DNA from: Nitrosopumilus sp.
Lineage (GTDB): Archaea; Thermoproteota; Nitrososphaeria; Nitrososphaerales; Nitrosopumilaceae
Length of the DNA: 64,000 bases
NCBI GenBank assembly: GCA_965205215.1
Contig: OZ242041.1
Location: 448,001 to 512,000 of the forward strand
Direction of reading: 5' to 3'
The notes beneath the pieces are model-generated. The model was not told where the DNA came from and ran no database searches. It saw only the letters and a program-made list of their open reading frames with translations. This document shows positions 46,578 through 56,239 of the stretch, one piece after another. The position numbers and the translations under genes are program-made. Position 1 is the first letter of the stretch. Each line of letters opens with the position of its first letter.

Positions 46578-46670
46578 GGGCTTGTGGCGCAGAGCCTCTT
46601 TGGCGCGCAGTATGGATAGCGTGGTAGCCTCCTAAGTTACAGGTCGAGGGATCGAAGCCCTCCAAGCCCG
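46578..46670 (+). tRNA. tRNA-Arg(CCT) with an 18-nt non-canonical intron at 15/16 (46593-46610)
   Basis: GGGCTTG/CAAGCCC acceptor stem, GTAGC-CTCCTAA-GTTAC anticodon arm; removing AGCCTCTTTGGCGCGCAG restores the D-arm; TTAAATA upstream. Confidence 0.88.
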
Positions 46671-46750
46671 CTCTTGCTGATGCCGTCGGTGGGCCGTCCT
46701 GCGCCCCCGCGCTTACTTTGACTTAAATGAGACGGGCGCGGCAGCGTGAC

Positions 46751-47296
46751 ATGCGGGTAGTGGTAATATCAGGCAGCCCCAGAAGGAACGCCAACACTGA
46801 GACGATGATGAGGTACGTCTACGAGTACGCCATGGACAGGAACGGCGGTGACGGGAGCGACACCACGTTTGTCAACCTGTCGGAGGGCCAGGTAGAATGC
46901 TTTCACGGGTTTGACGTGGAGTATGGCGAGGCTACAAAGTCCGCCGCAAAGGCGATAACGGAGGCCGACGTCTGGCTTGTCGGAACGCCGATCTACAACT
47001 CCTTCTTCAGCGGGGCCCTGAAGAACCTCTTTGAGTATGTAGACTACAAAAAGACGCCGGGGAAGACGGCGGGCATGGCCGTAATGGCGGCAGGCAGCAT
47101 AGGCTTCACCGACGTGCAGACCGTGCTGACGCAGCTCATGTCGTATTTCGGCGTGGTTACAAACCCCAAGGCCGTCTTTATGACCACGGGCGACGTGGCC
47201 GACGGCGCCATAAGCAGCGCCGACGCGCAGGCAAGGCTCAGGGAGATGGTGGACGGGACGCTTGAGATGGCCTCGAAGCTTGCCCAGGGCAGGTAG
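46751..47296 (+). CDS. NAD(P)H-dependent FMN reductase
   Basis: VVISGSPR..NT, GTPIYNSFFSGALKN. Confidence 0.9.
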   Translation: MRVVVISGSPRRNANTETMMRYVYEYAMDRNGGDGSDTTFVNLSEGQVECFHGFDVEYGEATKSAAKAITEADVWLVGTPIYNSFFSGALKNLFEYVDYKKTPGKTAGMAVMAAGSIGFTDVQTVLTQLMSYFGVVTNPKAVFMTTGDVADGAISSADAQARLREMVDGTLEMASKLAQGR

Positions 47297-47301
47297 CGGC
47301 A

Positions 47302-47427
47302 ATGATGGATCCCGCCGCCAAGGCGTGCACGTGCAGGTGCCACTTCGGCGGGGCCGTAAGCTGCCCGTCCTGCAAGAAGAACCATCCTGACGGACGCAGC
47401 AGAAAATGCCGCCACTGCTCCGAATAA
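47302..47427 (+). CDS. 41-aa Cys/His-rich microprotein (not in ORF track)
   Basis: MMDPAAKACTCRCHFGGAVSCPSCKKNHPDGRSRKCRHCSE*, starting 5 nt after the FMN reductase stop. Confidence 0.65.
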   Translation: MMDPAAKACTCRCHFGGAVSCPSCKKNHPDGRSRKCRHCSE

Positions 47428-47483
47428 TCATACTTGGGGCATCGCGCGGTGACGGCCATGGCGCCGAGTCGCGCCTCCGCCTC

Positions 47484-47990
47484 TCATTTCTTGTGCTTTG
47501 ATGCCAGCATCTTCAGGTTTGCCAGCTCCGCCTTGAGGGTCTCAATCTGTACAAGCGTCTGCAGGTTTGCAATCTGCCTGTTGAGCCTCTCAATCTCGCT
47601 GTCCTTGAGCTTGAGGGACTCCTTGAGCCCCTCGAGGTCGGCTGCAAGCTCGCTCTGGACGCTCTGCAGGTCTGCTATCTCGCTCTGGGCGCCCTTATGA
47701 CTCCCGCCCGCCGTCGCCGTCACTGTCAAGCTTTTTTTTTCGTCGTACTGCAGCACGGTTCCCGCAGGGACATCGTCATTCTGGTCGTGGTGGTGGGTCG
47801 AGTGCATGTAATCGGCGCTCTTCTGGGCTATCCAGCAGGTAAATACCAGAAACCACATGATTGGAACCGCCATTATAAAGACAAAGTCCAGCACGGGCGC
47901 AAAGTCGACAAAGACCGGCCAGAGCACGGTCAGGACCGCCGCAAAGACGCCGGTCGCCACGGTGGCCAGATGGTTGCCCAGATAGCCCAT
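47484..47990 (-). CDS. Hypothetical two-TM plus coiled-coil protein
   Basis: Two N-terminal TM helices, His-rich linker, C-terminal heptads. Confidence 0.75.
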   Translation of the reverse strand: MGYLGNHLATVATGVFAAVLTVLWPVFVDFAPVLDFVFIMAVPIMWFLVFTCWIAQKSADYMHSTHHHDQNDDVPAGTVLQYDEKKSLTVTATAGGSHKGAQSEIADLQSVQSELAADLEGLKESLKLKDSEIERLNRQIANLQTLVQIETLKAELANLKMLASKHKK

Positions 47991-48200
47991 GGACTAAATC
48001 CGGGTGCTCACTATTTATGTGGTATGCGGCCCTGTCCGGAACTGCCGGCCCGTAATCTGCCACGCGTCAGCCGTACTAAGTCTCTGCACATCTCCCAAGC
48101 CGGGCCTGTGCTTGGAATGGCCGGTTCTCGGGCTTTAACGCACGGGGGCGCCAATCGATTCACACATGGTACATCTATCAAAAACTTTTAAACGGATACC

Positions 48201-49571
48201 TTGCCCTCTTTCTTATTGTTGAATGCAAGGGGCGCAGGCATGCTTGCCGCCATACTTGGAGTCGCCGCGGTGTCCGGGCTGCTGCTTGCCGCACCGGCGA
48301 TCACCACGTCCGCGCAGGTCTTCGATGAGAACAACGAAAAGATAATCAGGATCGGCACAATCCTGTCGGCGACAGACCCGGGCGACCACAACCCGCACGA
48401 CGACCGCTTCAAGGCCATGGAGCTTGCCCGGGACGACTTTAACGCCGCTCAGGACACCTACAGGCTCGAGCTGGTGGATCTCAGGGTAACCGGCGAGTCC
48501 GACAGCCACGCCCACAGCCGCGCCGGGGCCATACTGCAGGAGACGTTTAAAAACCGGAACATCACGTACTTTGTCGGGCCCATGGGCAGTACGGACACGA
48601 CGTCCACCAAGGCCCAGCTGGCCCTGCTTGAGCCGGAGAACCCTGGCAGAGACTTTATCGTCATCTCGCCCGCGTCGACCGCCCTGTCCCTGCGGGCCGA
48701 CGACAGCGTGTTCAGGATGACCATTGACGATTCGGTGCAGGCCGTCGAGATTTCCAACCTGCTGCGGGCCGACGGCAAGACGCACGCGGTCCTGATAGGC
48801 CTGAACTCACACCATACAGAACCCGACGGGACGCCGGAGCGCGACATCTGGTCGGTGGGGCTGGAGGAAAGTTTTACTGCAAATTATGCGAGCCAGGGGA
48901 CGATTGACTACCACCTTACCATCGCAATACGTGACAATGACGAAAACGAGCCGGGACGCGATGCGTACGACAGCTTTGCATCGGATCTGAACGACAAGGT
49001 GTCCGGCCTGATTGACGATCATGGGGCGGACAGCGTCGCGGTCGTTATAATGGGCTATAGCGCGGACCTGTCACACCTGGTGCAGGCAATCAACAGGGAC
49101 GCGTCACTCGACAGCCTTGACGACGTAGCGTGGTACGGGCCTGACGGCATTGCAACCCGCAGCGAACTAACTAACAACGTCGAAGTGGGGAGGTTCCTGG
49201 CCAAGGTCGGACTCGCTGCGACCCAGTATGCGGGCGAGGACAACGAGCTAAAGTCCGACGTCGAGTCCAGGCTGGTCAGCGCCGGCGTCGCCTCGACCAG
49301 TTCCATCTACCTCTACTCGTCTTATGACGCGGTGTCGCTCCTGGCGCATGCAATAGCAGAGCGCGAGGACAACGGGCAGACACAGACCGTAAAGGAGCTG
49401 CTGCACGAGCTGGCCGATACACCTGTAGGCGTGGGGGCGCTGGGCGACTACAGCTTTGGCCCAAACGGCGATCTTGACGCGCCCCTCTCATACAAGACGT
49501 GGAGGATCGTCCTGGACTCGGACTCTATGCCGGTATGGACCGACAAATCCGTCCAGATAATGTGCAGATAA
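48201..49571 (+). CDS. Type I periplasmic/extracellular ligand-binding protein (paralog of 22584-23852)
   Basis: Signal peptide, FVGPMGS, ISPASTA, SVFRM, WYGPDG, YDAVSLLA; true start may be 48219 or 48240. Confidence 0.87.
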   Translation: MPSFLLLNARGAGMLAAILGVAAVSGLLLAAPAITTSAQVFDENNEKIIRIGTILSATDPGDHNPHDDRFKAMELARDDFNAAQDTYRLELVDLRVTGESDSHAHSRAGAILQETFKNRNITYFVGPMGSTDTTSTKAQLALLEPENPGRDFIVISPASTALSLRADDSVFRMTIDDSVQAVEISNLLRADGKTHAVLIGLNSHHTEPDGTPERDIWSVGLEESFTANYASQGTIDYHLTIAIRDNDENEPGRDAYDSFASDLNDKVSGLIDDHGADSVAVVIMGYSADLSHLVQAINRDASLDSLDDVAWYGPDGIATRSELTNNVEVGRFLAKVGLAATQYAGEDNELKSDVESRLVSAGVASTSSIYLYSSYDAVSLLAHAIAEREDNGQTQTVKELLHELADTPVGVGALGDYSFGPNGDLDAPLSYKTWRIVLDSDSMPVWTDKSVQIMCR

Positions 49572-49618
49572 TAGATTGCTGGAGCAACCGGGCGCCGCGG
49601 CTGCCGCCGCAACAAGAG

Positions 49619-50116
49619 CTATACACCCGCATCCAGCAGGGCCGCGAAGAGCAGTATGGCAACGGATATCGCCACGGTGACCTCCCCCAGTATTATGATC
49701 TTCTTTCGCAGCCTCTGGACCTCCCGCGTCGAGAGCGCGCCGGACATTATCTTCTCCTCCACGCCCTTGGAGATTATCCTCACGTGCGCCACGTATGCCA
49801 CAACGAGCGCGGCCACCAGCCCCACCTTGACTGCCAGAAACGTCCCATAGCTGGTGGCCATCAGGAGCTCCGGCCTGGCAAGCAGGGCGTGCGAGCTGTA
49901 CAGCCCGGTGGCCACGAGTATCCCGAGCGCGGGGATGGCCACCATGTTGAACCTCCTGCCCACGCGTATCATTATCTTCATCCTGTCCTCCACCGAGTCG
50001 GCCATCGTCTTTAGCAGGGGGGAGAAGACAACCCCGATGAACAGCGAGCCGCCCACCCAGATAGAGGCCGATATGAGGTGGACCCATGTCAGGAGGGCCT
50101 GCTCCAGCGCGGACAT
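49619..50116 (-). CDS. CopD-family copper resistance/transport membrane protein
   Basis: WVHLISASIWVGG, ILVATGLY, YG.FL.VK; ATG 50116. Confidence 0.82.
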   Translation of the reverse strand: MSALEQALLTWVHLISASIWVGGSLFIGVVFSPLLKTMADSVEDRMKIMIRVGRRFNMVAIPALGILVATGLYSSHALLARPELLMATSYGTFLAVKVGLVAALVVAYVAHVRIISKGVEEKIMSGALSTREVQRLRKKIIILGEVTVAISVAILLFAALLDAGV

Positions 50117-50279
50117 CGTGACGTCCAAGCGGCAGGGGATATTATCTATTTGGGGGAGGGAGGGAGGGAGGGGGAATCGGATCTGCGCCAAGCTGGACGC
50201 CGGGGCGTGCGGCCGCATGACCGGTGGGGCCGACGGCCGTCGTGAAACCTTTTTTAATAATTCACGGGCCGGTAGCGCA

Positions 50280-51386
50280 ATGGAGCTGCAGAGCAAGACG
50301 ACCGTGTACGTCGCGATAGGCAGCATGCTTGCGCTGATGGGCGGGATCATCTATTATGCAAGCCTGGACAACGAGTCGCTGGAGCAGGCGGAGATCGAGC
50401 TCGGCTCCGTGATGCTCAGGGACGTCAACGCCGTTACGAACCAGGCGGAGTTCGTGGTAGAGTTTGTAGTGTCCAACCCGAGCGAAAAGACGTTCACCGT
50501 CGCCAGCATCGGGTACCAGCTGTACGGCGACGGGACGCTGCTGGGATCGGGACAGTACTCGGTGATTGACATCGCGCTTCCCGGCAGGGCGGTCTTCTAC
50601 TCCGGGGCCGCTGTGCCCCTGAAGAGCACGTTCGTCCTGGACAAGGGTTCGGTCGGCGAGGACGCGTACAACGCGATGATAGACGGGCGCATCTCCAGCT
50701 TTACGGCCGAGGGCATACTGACTACCCAGACCGCGTGGAGCACCATCGACAAGGAGTTCAAGACGCTTGCGTCGGCATACACAATAGAGGAGAAGCGCGA
50801 TACCGCGTACGAGGACTTTCTGACGCGCAACAACAAGCACATGGTCCGCGTCTCCGAGTATCAAAAGTACTGGGGAGACGGGCAGACGGACCAGCGCCTG
50901 AACGAGATACTGGACAACATACGCGTGGAGCGCGAAAAGGTCAACGGGTTCGACCCCGCGTCGGCCGGGGCGCAGCAGGAACGGCAGGAGTTCCGGGGCG
51001 CCAACGACGCGGCGGTGGCAGGACTGGTCTCGCTGCTGGCAGACGAGTACGACCTGCACATACGGCACGCGCAAGACAGCGGACTGTCAGAGATTGCGTC
51101 GTCACTTGAAAAGCAGAGGGAGGCGGCAGTGCGGATCACCGCCACGTCCTTTCCGGGAGCGGGCGACCACGTGGAGATGACTACTGCCCACGGCGAGGAG
51201 ACCGAGGGCCTGGTCGTGCAGATGGAGGAGGCCGGCGCGCAGGTGCGCGAGAGGCACGACGTGAGGGAGGTCGGAGACGACCAGAACACGATACAGGTTC
51301 TCTACTCGGTCATCACGTGCCAGCAGGAGCTCCGGATCAACGGCGAGGACTACATGGACGCCCTAGTGGAGCTTGGCGCCCGGTGA
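50280..51386 (+). CDS. Membrane-anchored LEA_2/WHy-like domain protein with a long C-terminal extension
   Basis: TM helix, VEFVVSNPS...TV..I.YQLY.DG..LG.G; TTTAATAA upstream of ATG 50280. Confidence 0.7.
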   Translation: MELQSKTTVYVAIGSMLALMGGIIYYASLDNESLEQAEIELGSVMLRDVNAVTNQAEFVVEFVVSNPSEKTFTVASIGYQLYGDGTLLGSGQYSVIDIALPGRAVFYSGAAVPLKSTFVLDKGSVGEDAYNAMIDGRISSFTAEGILTTQTAWSTIDKEFKTLASAYTIEEKRDTAYEDFLTRNNKHMVRVSEYQKYWGDGQTDQRLNEILDNIRVEREKVNGFDPASAGAQQERQEFRGANDAAVAGLVSLLADEYDLHIRHAQDSGLSEIASSLEKQREAAVRITATSFPGAGDHVEMTTAHGEETEGLVVQMEEAGAQVRERHDVREVGDDQNTIQVLYSVITCQQELRINGEDYMDALVELGAR

Positions 51387-51615
51387 GGCGCAGGCTACAT
51401 CATGCGCCGTCCGAGACTGCCTAATTCAAGCGCGCGGCGCGCATGTGCCCGAAATGGCTCGATTATGGGCGCGGCAGGCCGGTTAGCACGCCGACCCGGA
51501 GCAAGGGACAAAATTGTTATTTGGGCTCGCTCCCGCCCTTTTATGGCCCTACGGAACGCACGGGACGCGCCGCGCCCGTCGTGACGGCAAGGCGGCGGGA
51601 GGGGGATCCCTGTAC

Positions 51616-54384
51616 ATGGTGGTGAGGACAAGAAAGGCCGGGGCCGCCGCTGCCGCCACGGAGCCGCAGGACGTACCTTCCGCGCCAAAAAAGAGGCGCA
51701 AGGTCGAGAAAAAGACGGACGAGCCGGCCGTCGTAAACTCAAAGGAGCTGTGCATGACGCGGTTCAGGGAGTGGTGGTCCACAGACGAGCTCTCGGCCAT
51801 AATATCGCAGATCAACCCGGACATCATCATGATGTTCTCAGACGACAACAAGGACGTCTTCAACCCCGACAGGCTCTCGGAGATACTGTACGATACGGTC
51901 GGCTCGCGCTTTCTGCGGAACATAGAGAACGACACGACAAAGCGCAGGCTCTTTCTGGACCTGATACTTGCGACCGTAACCGCAAAGGGGCTTGCAAAGC
52001 CCGACGACATAATCGGGGCCGTACGGTCCGCGGTGCGCAGCGCAAAGAAAGACTCTGTAAACCGCATAACCGACATACCGGCCCTGGAGATTACAAACAA
52101 CCTCGGGCTGGCCCTCGCCGGAGTACTGGGACTGCCGCCGTCGGTGGCAGAAAAGGAGTACGTCGAGTCGCTGCCGGACACTGAGATCATAGTCCCGCAC
52201 ACCGCGCTCAACCCCCTGTACGACTACCAGTTTACGACCGGGATCGTCGTGCGCAGGATGCTGGAGGGGACCATGGTCGAGAACGACAAGGAGGCAAAGC
52301 GCAAGATGATATCCATCCCCACCGGAGCCGGCAAGACCCGCATGCTTGTCGAGACCATAATAGAGTGGCTCAACGACGGCAAGCCCTCAAAGAACGCCCA
52401 GCAACGGGACTCTAGGTTCATACTCTGGATCGCCCAGTCCAACGAGCTCTGCGAGCAGGCGTTCAGCACGTTCAAGGCCGTCTTTGAGGACGTCGGCCGG
52501 CGCGGCACCACGCTGCACATGCACCGCTTCTGGGGCGCGGGGGGCGCGCTGCCCACCCTCGGCATGGACGACCTGCTTGATGAGAAGGGGATAATTGTGG
52601 CCACGATACAGTCACTCCTCAAGATAATGGAGCAGCCCGAGCAGCTCCGGACGCTCGGCAGGCTGACTGCCTGCGTCATCATAGACGAGGCGCACCACGC
52701 CGTCGCCTCGTCCTACTCCAGGGTGCTGCGGGAGATGGGCTTTAACTGGGACAACAGAAAGTCGGAGATATCCGAGTGGGGGATCATACTCATCGGCCTG
52801 ACGGCCACGCCGTTCCGGGGCAAGGGCTCGGGCCTGGACACTGACAGGCTCAAGCGGCGCATGGGCGGCACGTACTTTCCGACCATACCCTACTCCGAGG
52901 AGCTGAGGCGCTACAAGCCCCACGCCGTAGTGGACTGCCAGACCATCGCATACACGAAGGATCCGATAAAGATCATAGGCGAGAACTCGTACGACCGGGA
53001 CGGACACATCGAGGACGGGGACTTTAGGTGGACCATCACGCGCACCGCACAGCTCGAGGAAGGGGCGCTGCCGGCGGACGCCGCGAGGGAGGACGGCGTC
53101 GTCACGTACGACGACAACACCTTGGAGGGCGCGGAGGACGGCCGCGGCCACGGAGAGGGCGCGGAGGGGCAGGCGGCCGACGCCGACGACGGCGGGGATG
53201 ACGGCAACAGCGACGACCCGACGGATGGGACGGACGCGCTCCCGACCTGGACGTACGACGGGCAGAGGAACATCATACACGAGTTCAAAAAGCCGGGGTA
53301 CTACGAGGTGGCGCTATCCGTAAGGGACAGCCACGGCAACGTGTCCATCACGACGGCCCGGATTACGGTCGAGCCCAGGCCGACGGAGTCGAAGATGACG
53401 CCTGAGGAGCGCCAGAAGAACCTGTACCACCGGCTCATAATGCGCAATATTTTGTGTGACGTATACCACAAGGTGCTCTCCTCGAGCAACTACGAGCTGA
53501 GCACGCAGGACGTCAAGTATATGGCGACCTTTGGCGAGTTCCGCAGGGAGACGATCAAGGAGATAGGGCGCGACAGGTCCCGCAACTCCATGATAGTCAG
53601 GGAGATAAAGCGCCTCAACGGGCTTGGCAAGCGCAAGATACTGTTCTTTGGGTGCAGCGTGGCGCACTCGAGGCAGATTGCTATGCTGCTAAAGGTGCTG
53701 TACCACATGAAGGTAAAGTACGTGGACTCGAAGATGGACCTGGACGCCCGCGTTAACGCGATAGAGCAATTCCGGTCGGGGGATCTGGAGGTGCTGTGCA
53801 ACTTTGACGTCCTGACCACGGGCTTTGACGCGCCCAACATAGACTGCGTGTTCGTGGGCAGGCCCGTCAAGAGCACGCTGCTGTACACGCAGATGATAGG
53901 AAGGGGCATGCGCGGGACCAAGAGCGGCGGGACCGAGAGCATGCTGCTGGTGGACGTCGATGACAACTTTCAGCTGCGCCAGAACTATGACGTGGTCGAG
54001 GTGGAGCTCGGATGGAAGATCTTCAAGAACTTTTGGAAGACGTGGGAGGATCCGTACGACGGGGACGCGGAGGCGGCGGCCGGCGGTGTCGGCGCAGAGA
54101 AGGGGGACGCAATGCTTGCCGTAAAGAGGCAGAGGGCGCGCGGCGGCAGGATAGAGGACAGCGACGTGTGGGAGGACGACGACGAGGAGGACGACGACGA
54201 GGAGGACGACGAGGACGCCGGCCTGACGTACGCCTGCTCCGGGTGCAAGAAGGAGGGGCGCGGCATACCGGAGATACAGAGCCTGTTTGGGATTGAGGGG
54301 GCGCGGCAGCTGCTGGCAGAGTGCCTGCGGTCCGGCGACCACTCCATGCTGCCATCCGAATGCATGGAGTGCAGGAGCAGGTAG
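51616..54384 (+). CDS. SF2 DEAH helicase (ResIII/SSL2-like) with an inserted PKD-like domain and a C-terminal Zn ribbon
   Basis: LYDYQ, IPTGAGKT, IIDEAHH, GLTATP, FGCSVAHS, LTTGFDAP, QMIGRGMR; CSGC...CMEC. Confidence 0.9.
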   Translation: MVVRTRKAGAAAAATEPQDVPSAPKKRRKVEKKTDEPAVVNSKELCMTRFREWWSTDELSAIISQINPDIIMMFSDDNKDVFNPDRLSEILYDTVGSRFLRNIENDTTKRRLFLDLILATVTAKGLAKPDDIIGAVRSAVRSAKKDSVNRITDIPALEITNNLGLALAGVLGLPPSVAEKEYVESLPDTEIIVPHTALNPLYDYQFTTGIVVRRMLEGTMVENDKEAKRKMISIPTGAGKTRMLVETIIEWLNDGKPSKNAQQRDSRFILWIAQSNELCEQAFSTFKAVFEDVGRRGTTLHMHRFWGAGGALPTLGMDDLLDEKGIIVATIQSLLKIMEQPEQLRTLGRLTACVIIDEAHHAVASSYSRVLREMGFNWDNRKSEISEWGIILIGLTATPFRGKGSGLDTDRLKRRMGGTYFPTIPYSEELRRYKPHAVVDCQTIAYTKDPIKIIGENSYDRDGHIEDGDFRWTITRTAQLEEGALPADAAREDGVVTYDDNTLEGAEDGRGHGEGAEGQAADADDGGDDGNSDDPTDGTDALPTWTYDGQRNIIHEFKKPGYYEVALSVRDSHGNVSITTARITVEPRPTESKMTPEERQKNLYHRLIMRNILCDVYHKVLSSSNYELSTQDVKYMATFGEFRRETIKEIGRDRSRNSMIVREIKRLNGLGKRKILFFGCSVAHSRQIAMLLKVLYHMKVKYVDSKMDLDARVNAIEQFRSGDLEVLCNFDVLTTGFDAPNIDCVFVGRPVKSTLLYTQMIGRGMRGTKSGGTESMLLVDVDDNFQLRQNYDVVEVELGWKIFKNFWKTWEDPYDGDAEAAAGGVGAEKGDAMLAVKRQRARGGRIEDSDVWEDDDEEDDDEEDDEDAGLTYACSGCKKEGRGIPEIQSLFGIEGARQLLAECLRSGDHSMLPSECMECRSR

Positions 54385-54467
54385 TCTGCCGGCCCGTGGG
54401 GGGCCGCCGTGCCCGGCCGGCGGCGGCGGGCCTGACACTTTTTTTAGAGCCGCCGCGCAGTATAGCA

Positions 54468-54983
54468 GTGGCCGACGGTCTCTTGGTGGGTAGGTTCCAG
54501 CCGTTTCATCTGGGGCACATGTCCGCGCTCCGGTTTGCACTCGACACGGCGGACCGGCTCTGGATCGGAATAGGCAGCTCCAACAGGCCCCCGGAGGCGG
54601 CAAACCCGTTTACGGCAGCGGAGCGCAGGGAGATGATACTCTCCTCGGTGGACGCCGGCACGGCGGCGCGCGTTGCGATATACGACATACCGGACGTGGA
54701 GAACCACGTCAGGTGGCTTGACCTGATCGACGAGATCGTGCCCCCCTTTGGCGTGGTGTTTACAAACGACCGGCTGACAGAGCGCCTCTACTCTGAGAGG
54801 AAAAGGGGCGCAGTCAGGACCGTCCGAATCCCGTTCCTCGACCGGGACGAGCTGTCCGGCACCCGCATCCGGAACATGCTCAGGGGCGGGGCCCCCCCGC
54901 CCGACTGGCAGCGGCTCGTCCCGTCCGGGACGCGGGACGTCCTGCGACGGTGCGACGCGGCGTCGCGCCTGGCGGATCTCTAG
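54468..54983 (+). CDS. nadM: Nicotinamide-mononucleotide adenylyltransferase
   Basis: GRFQPFHLGH, IGIGSS, NPFTAAER, LSGTRIR. Confidence 0.92.
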   Translation: MADGLLVGRFQPFHLGHMSALRFALDTADRLWIGIGSSNRPPEAANPFTAAERREMILSSVDAGTAARVAIYDIPDVENHVRWLDLIDEIVPPFGVVFTNDRLTERLYSERKRGAVRTVRIPFLDRDELSGTRIRNMLRGGAPPPDWQRLVPSGTRDVLRRCDAASRLADL

Positions 54984-55017
54984 TTATAAATAAAGCAGGA
55001 CGGCATCCAGAGCAAAC

Positions 55018-56163
55018 ATGGAATATCTGGCGATGCTTCCGGGCCCCACAAACGTGCCCAACAGGGTCATGAGGGCCATGCTGGCGCCCATGATAAACCA
55101 CCGCAGCGACGACTTTGTAGACCTGTACACGGACGTAATATCAAAGACCCAGCAGGTGTTCGAGACCACGAACGACGTGGTCGCCCTCTCCGCGTCCGGA
55201 ACCGGGGCCGTCGAGGCGGGCGTCATCAACCTGGTCAAGAAGGACGACAAGGTGATCATACCGGTAAACGGCGAGTTCTCAAGCAGGCTGGCCCAGCTCA
55301 TCGAGGGGCAGGGCGCAAACGTGGTAAGGCTGGAGACGCCGCCGGGACAGAACGCAACGTTTGAGCAGGTAAAGGAGGCCTTTGACAACAACCCCGACGT
55401 AAAGGCGTTCTACGTGGTGCACAACGAGACCTCGACTGGGACCATGGTCAAGTATCTTGACCGGGTGTCTGACCTGACGTCGAGAAACGACGCGTTCTAC
55501 GTGGTGGACTCTGTCTCGCTGCTGGGAGGAGCCGAGCTGCCCGTCGACAAGTGGAACGTGGACGTCTGCATGACGGGCGCGCAAAAGGCGATCGCGGCGC
55601 CGCCCGGAATATCCCCAATATCAGTAAGCCCGAGGGCCAAGAAATACATGATCGAGAACCCGCCGAACACGATGTACTTTAACCTGGCACGCTACTTCAA
55701 GTACTACGAGGAGTCGAAGCACACCCCGTTCACGCCGGCCCTGCCCCTGTTGCACGCCTACAGGGAGGCACTCTCCATACTGCTGGAGGAGGGGCTGCCA
55801 AACGTGTTCCGGCGCCACCGGACGTGCTCCGACGCTCTGTACTCGGGGCTCAGCGCCATAGGACTGACCCCGTTTGCAAAGGAGGAGGACAGGTCGATAT
55901 CCATAGTGGCGCTGAACTACCTGGAGGGGCTGGAGGACAAGACGTTCAGGGACACGCTTGCGGCAAAGTTCAAGGTTCTTGTGGCAGGCGGCTTTGGCAA
56001 CCTCAAGGGCAAGGTCTTCAGGGTGGGGTGCATGGGTGAGGTGAGCCCCTACCACGTGATGCGGACCATATCTGCCATATCCTCCACGCTTGCCATGATG
56101 GGGTACGACACGGACCCGCAGGCCGGGCTAAAGGCGGCCGAAGAGAAGCTAAAGGCGCTCTGA
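55018..56163 (+). CDS. Class V aminotransferase (serine-pyruvate/alanine-glyoxylate type)
   Basis: MLPGPTNVP, SGTGAVEA, HNETSTG, VDSVS, GAQKA, FRVGCMG. Confidence 0.93.
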   Translation: MEYLAMLPGPTNVPNRVMRAMLAPMINHRSDDFVDLYTDVISKTQQVFETTNDVVALSASGTGAVEAGVINLVKKDDKVIIPVNGEFSSRLAQLIEGQGANVVRLETPPGQNATFEQVKEAFDNNPDVKAFYVVHNETSTGTMVKYLDRVSDLTSRNDAFYVVDSVSLLGGAELPVDKWNVDVCMTGAQKAIAAPPGISPISVSPRAKKYMIENPPNTMYFNLARYFKYYEESKHTPFTPALPLLHAYREALSILLEEGLPNVFRRHRTCSDALYSGLSAIGLTPFAKEEDRSISIVALNYLEGLEDKTFRDTLAAKFKVLVAGGFGNLKGKVFRVGCMGEVSPYHVMRTISAISSTLAMMGYDTDPQAGLKAAEEKLKAL

Positions 56164-56239
56164 CGGCGTACGCCGCAAACGGGCGAGCGGCAGCCTGAGC
56201 GCGTTTGATTTAATATGTGGAAATTCGAGAGCAGGCTCG

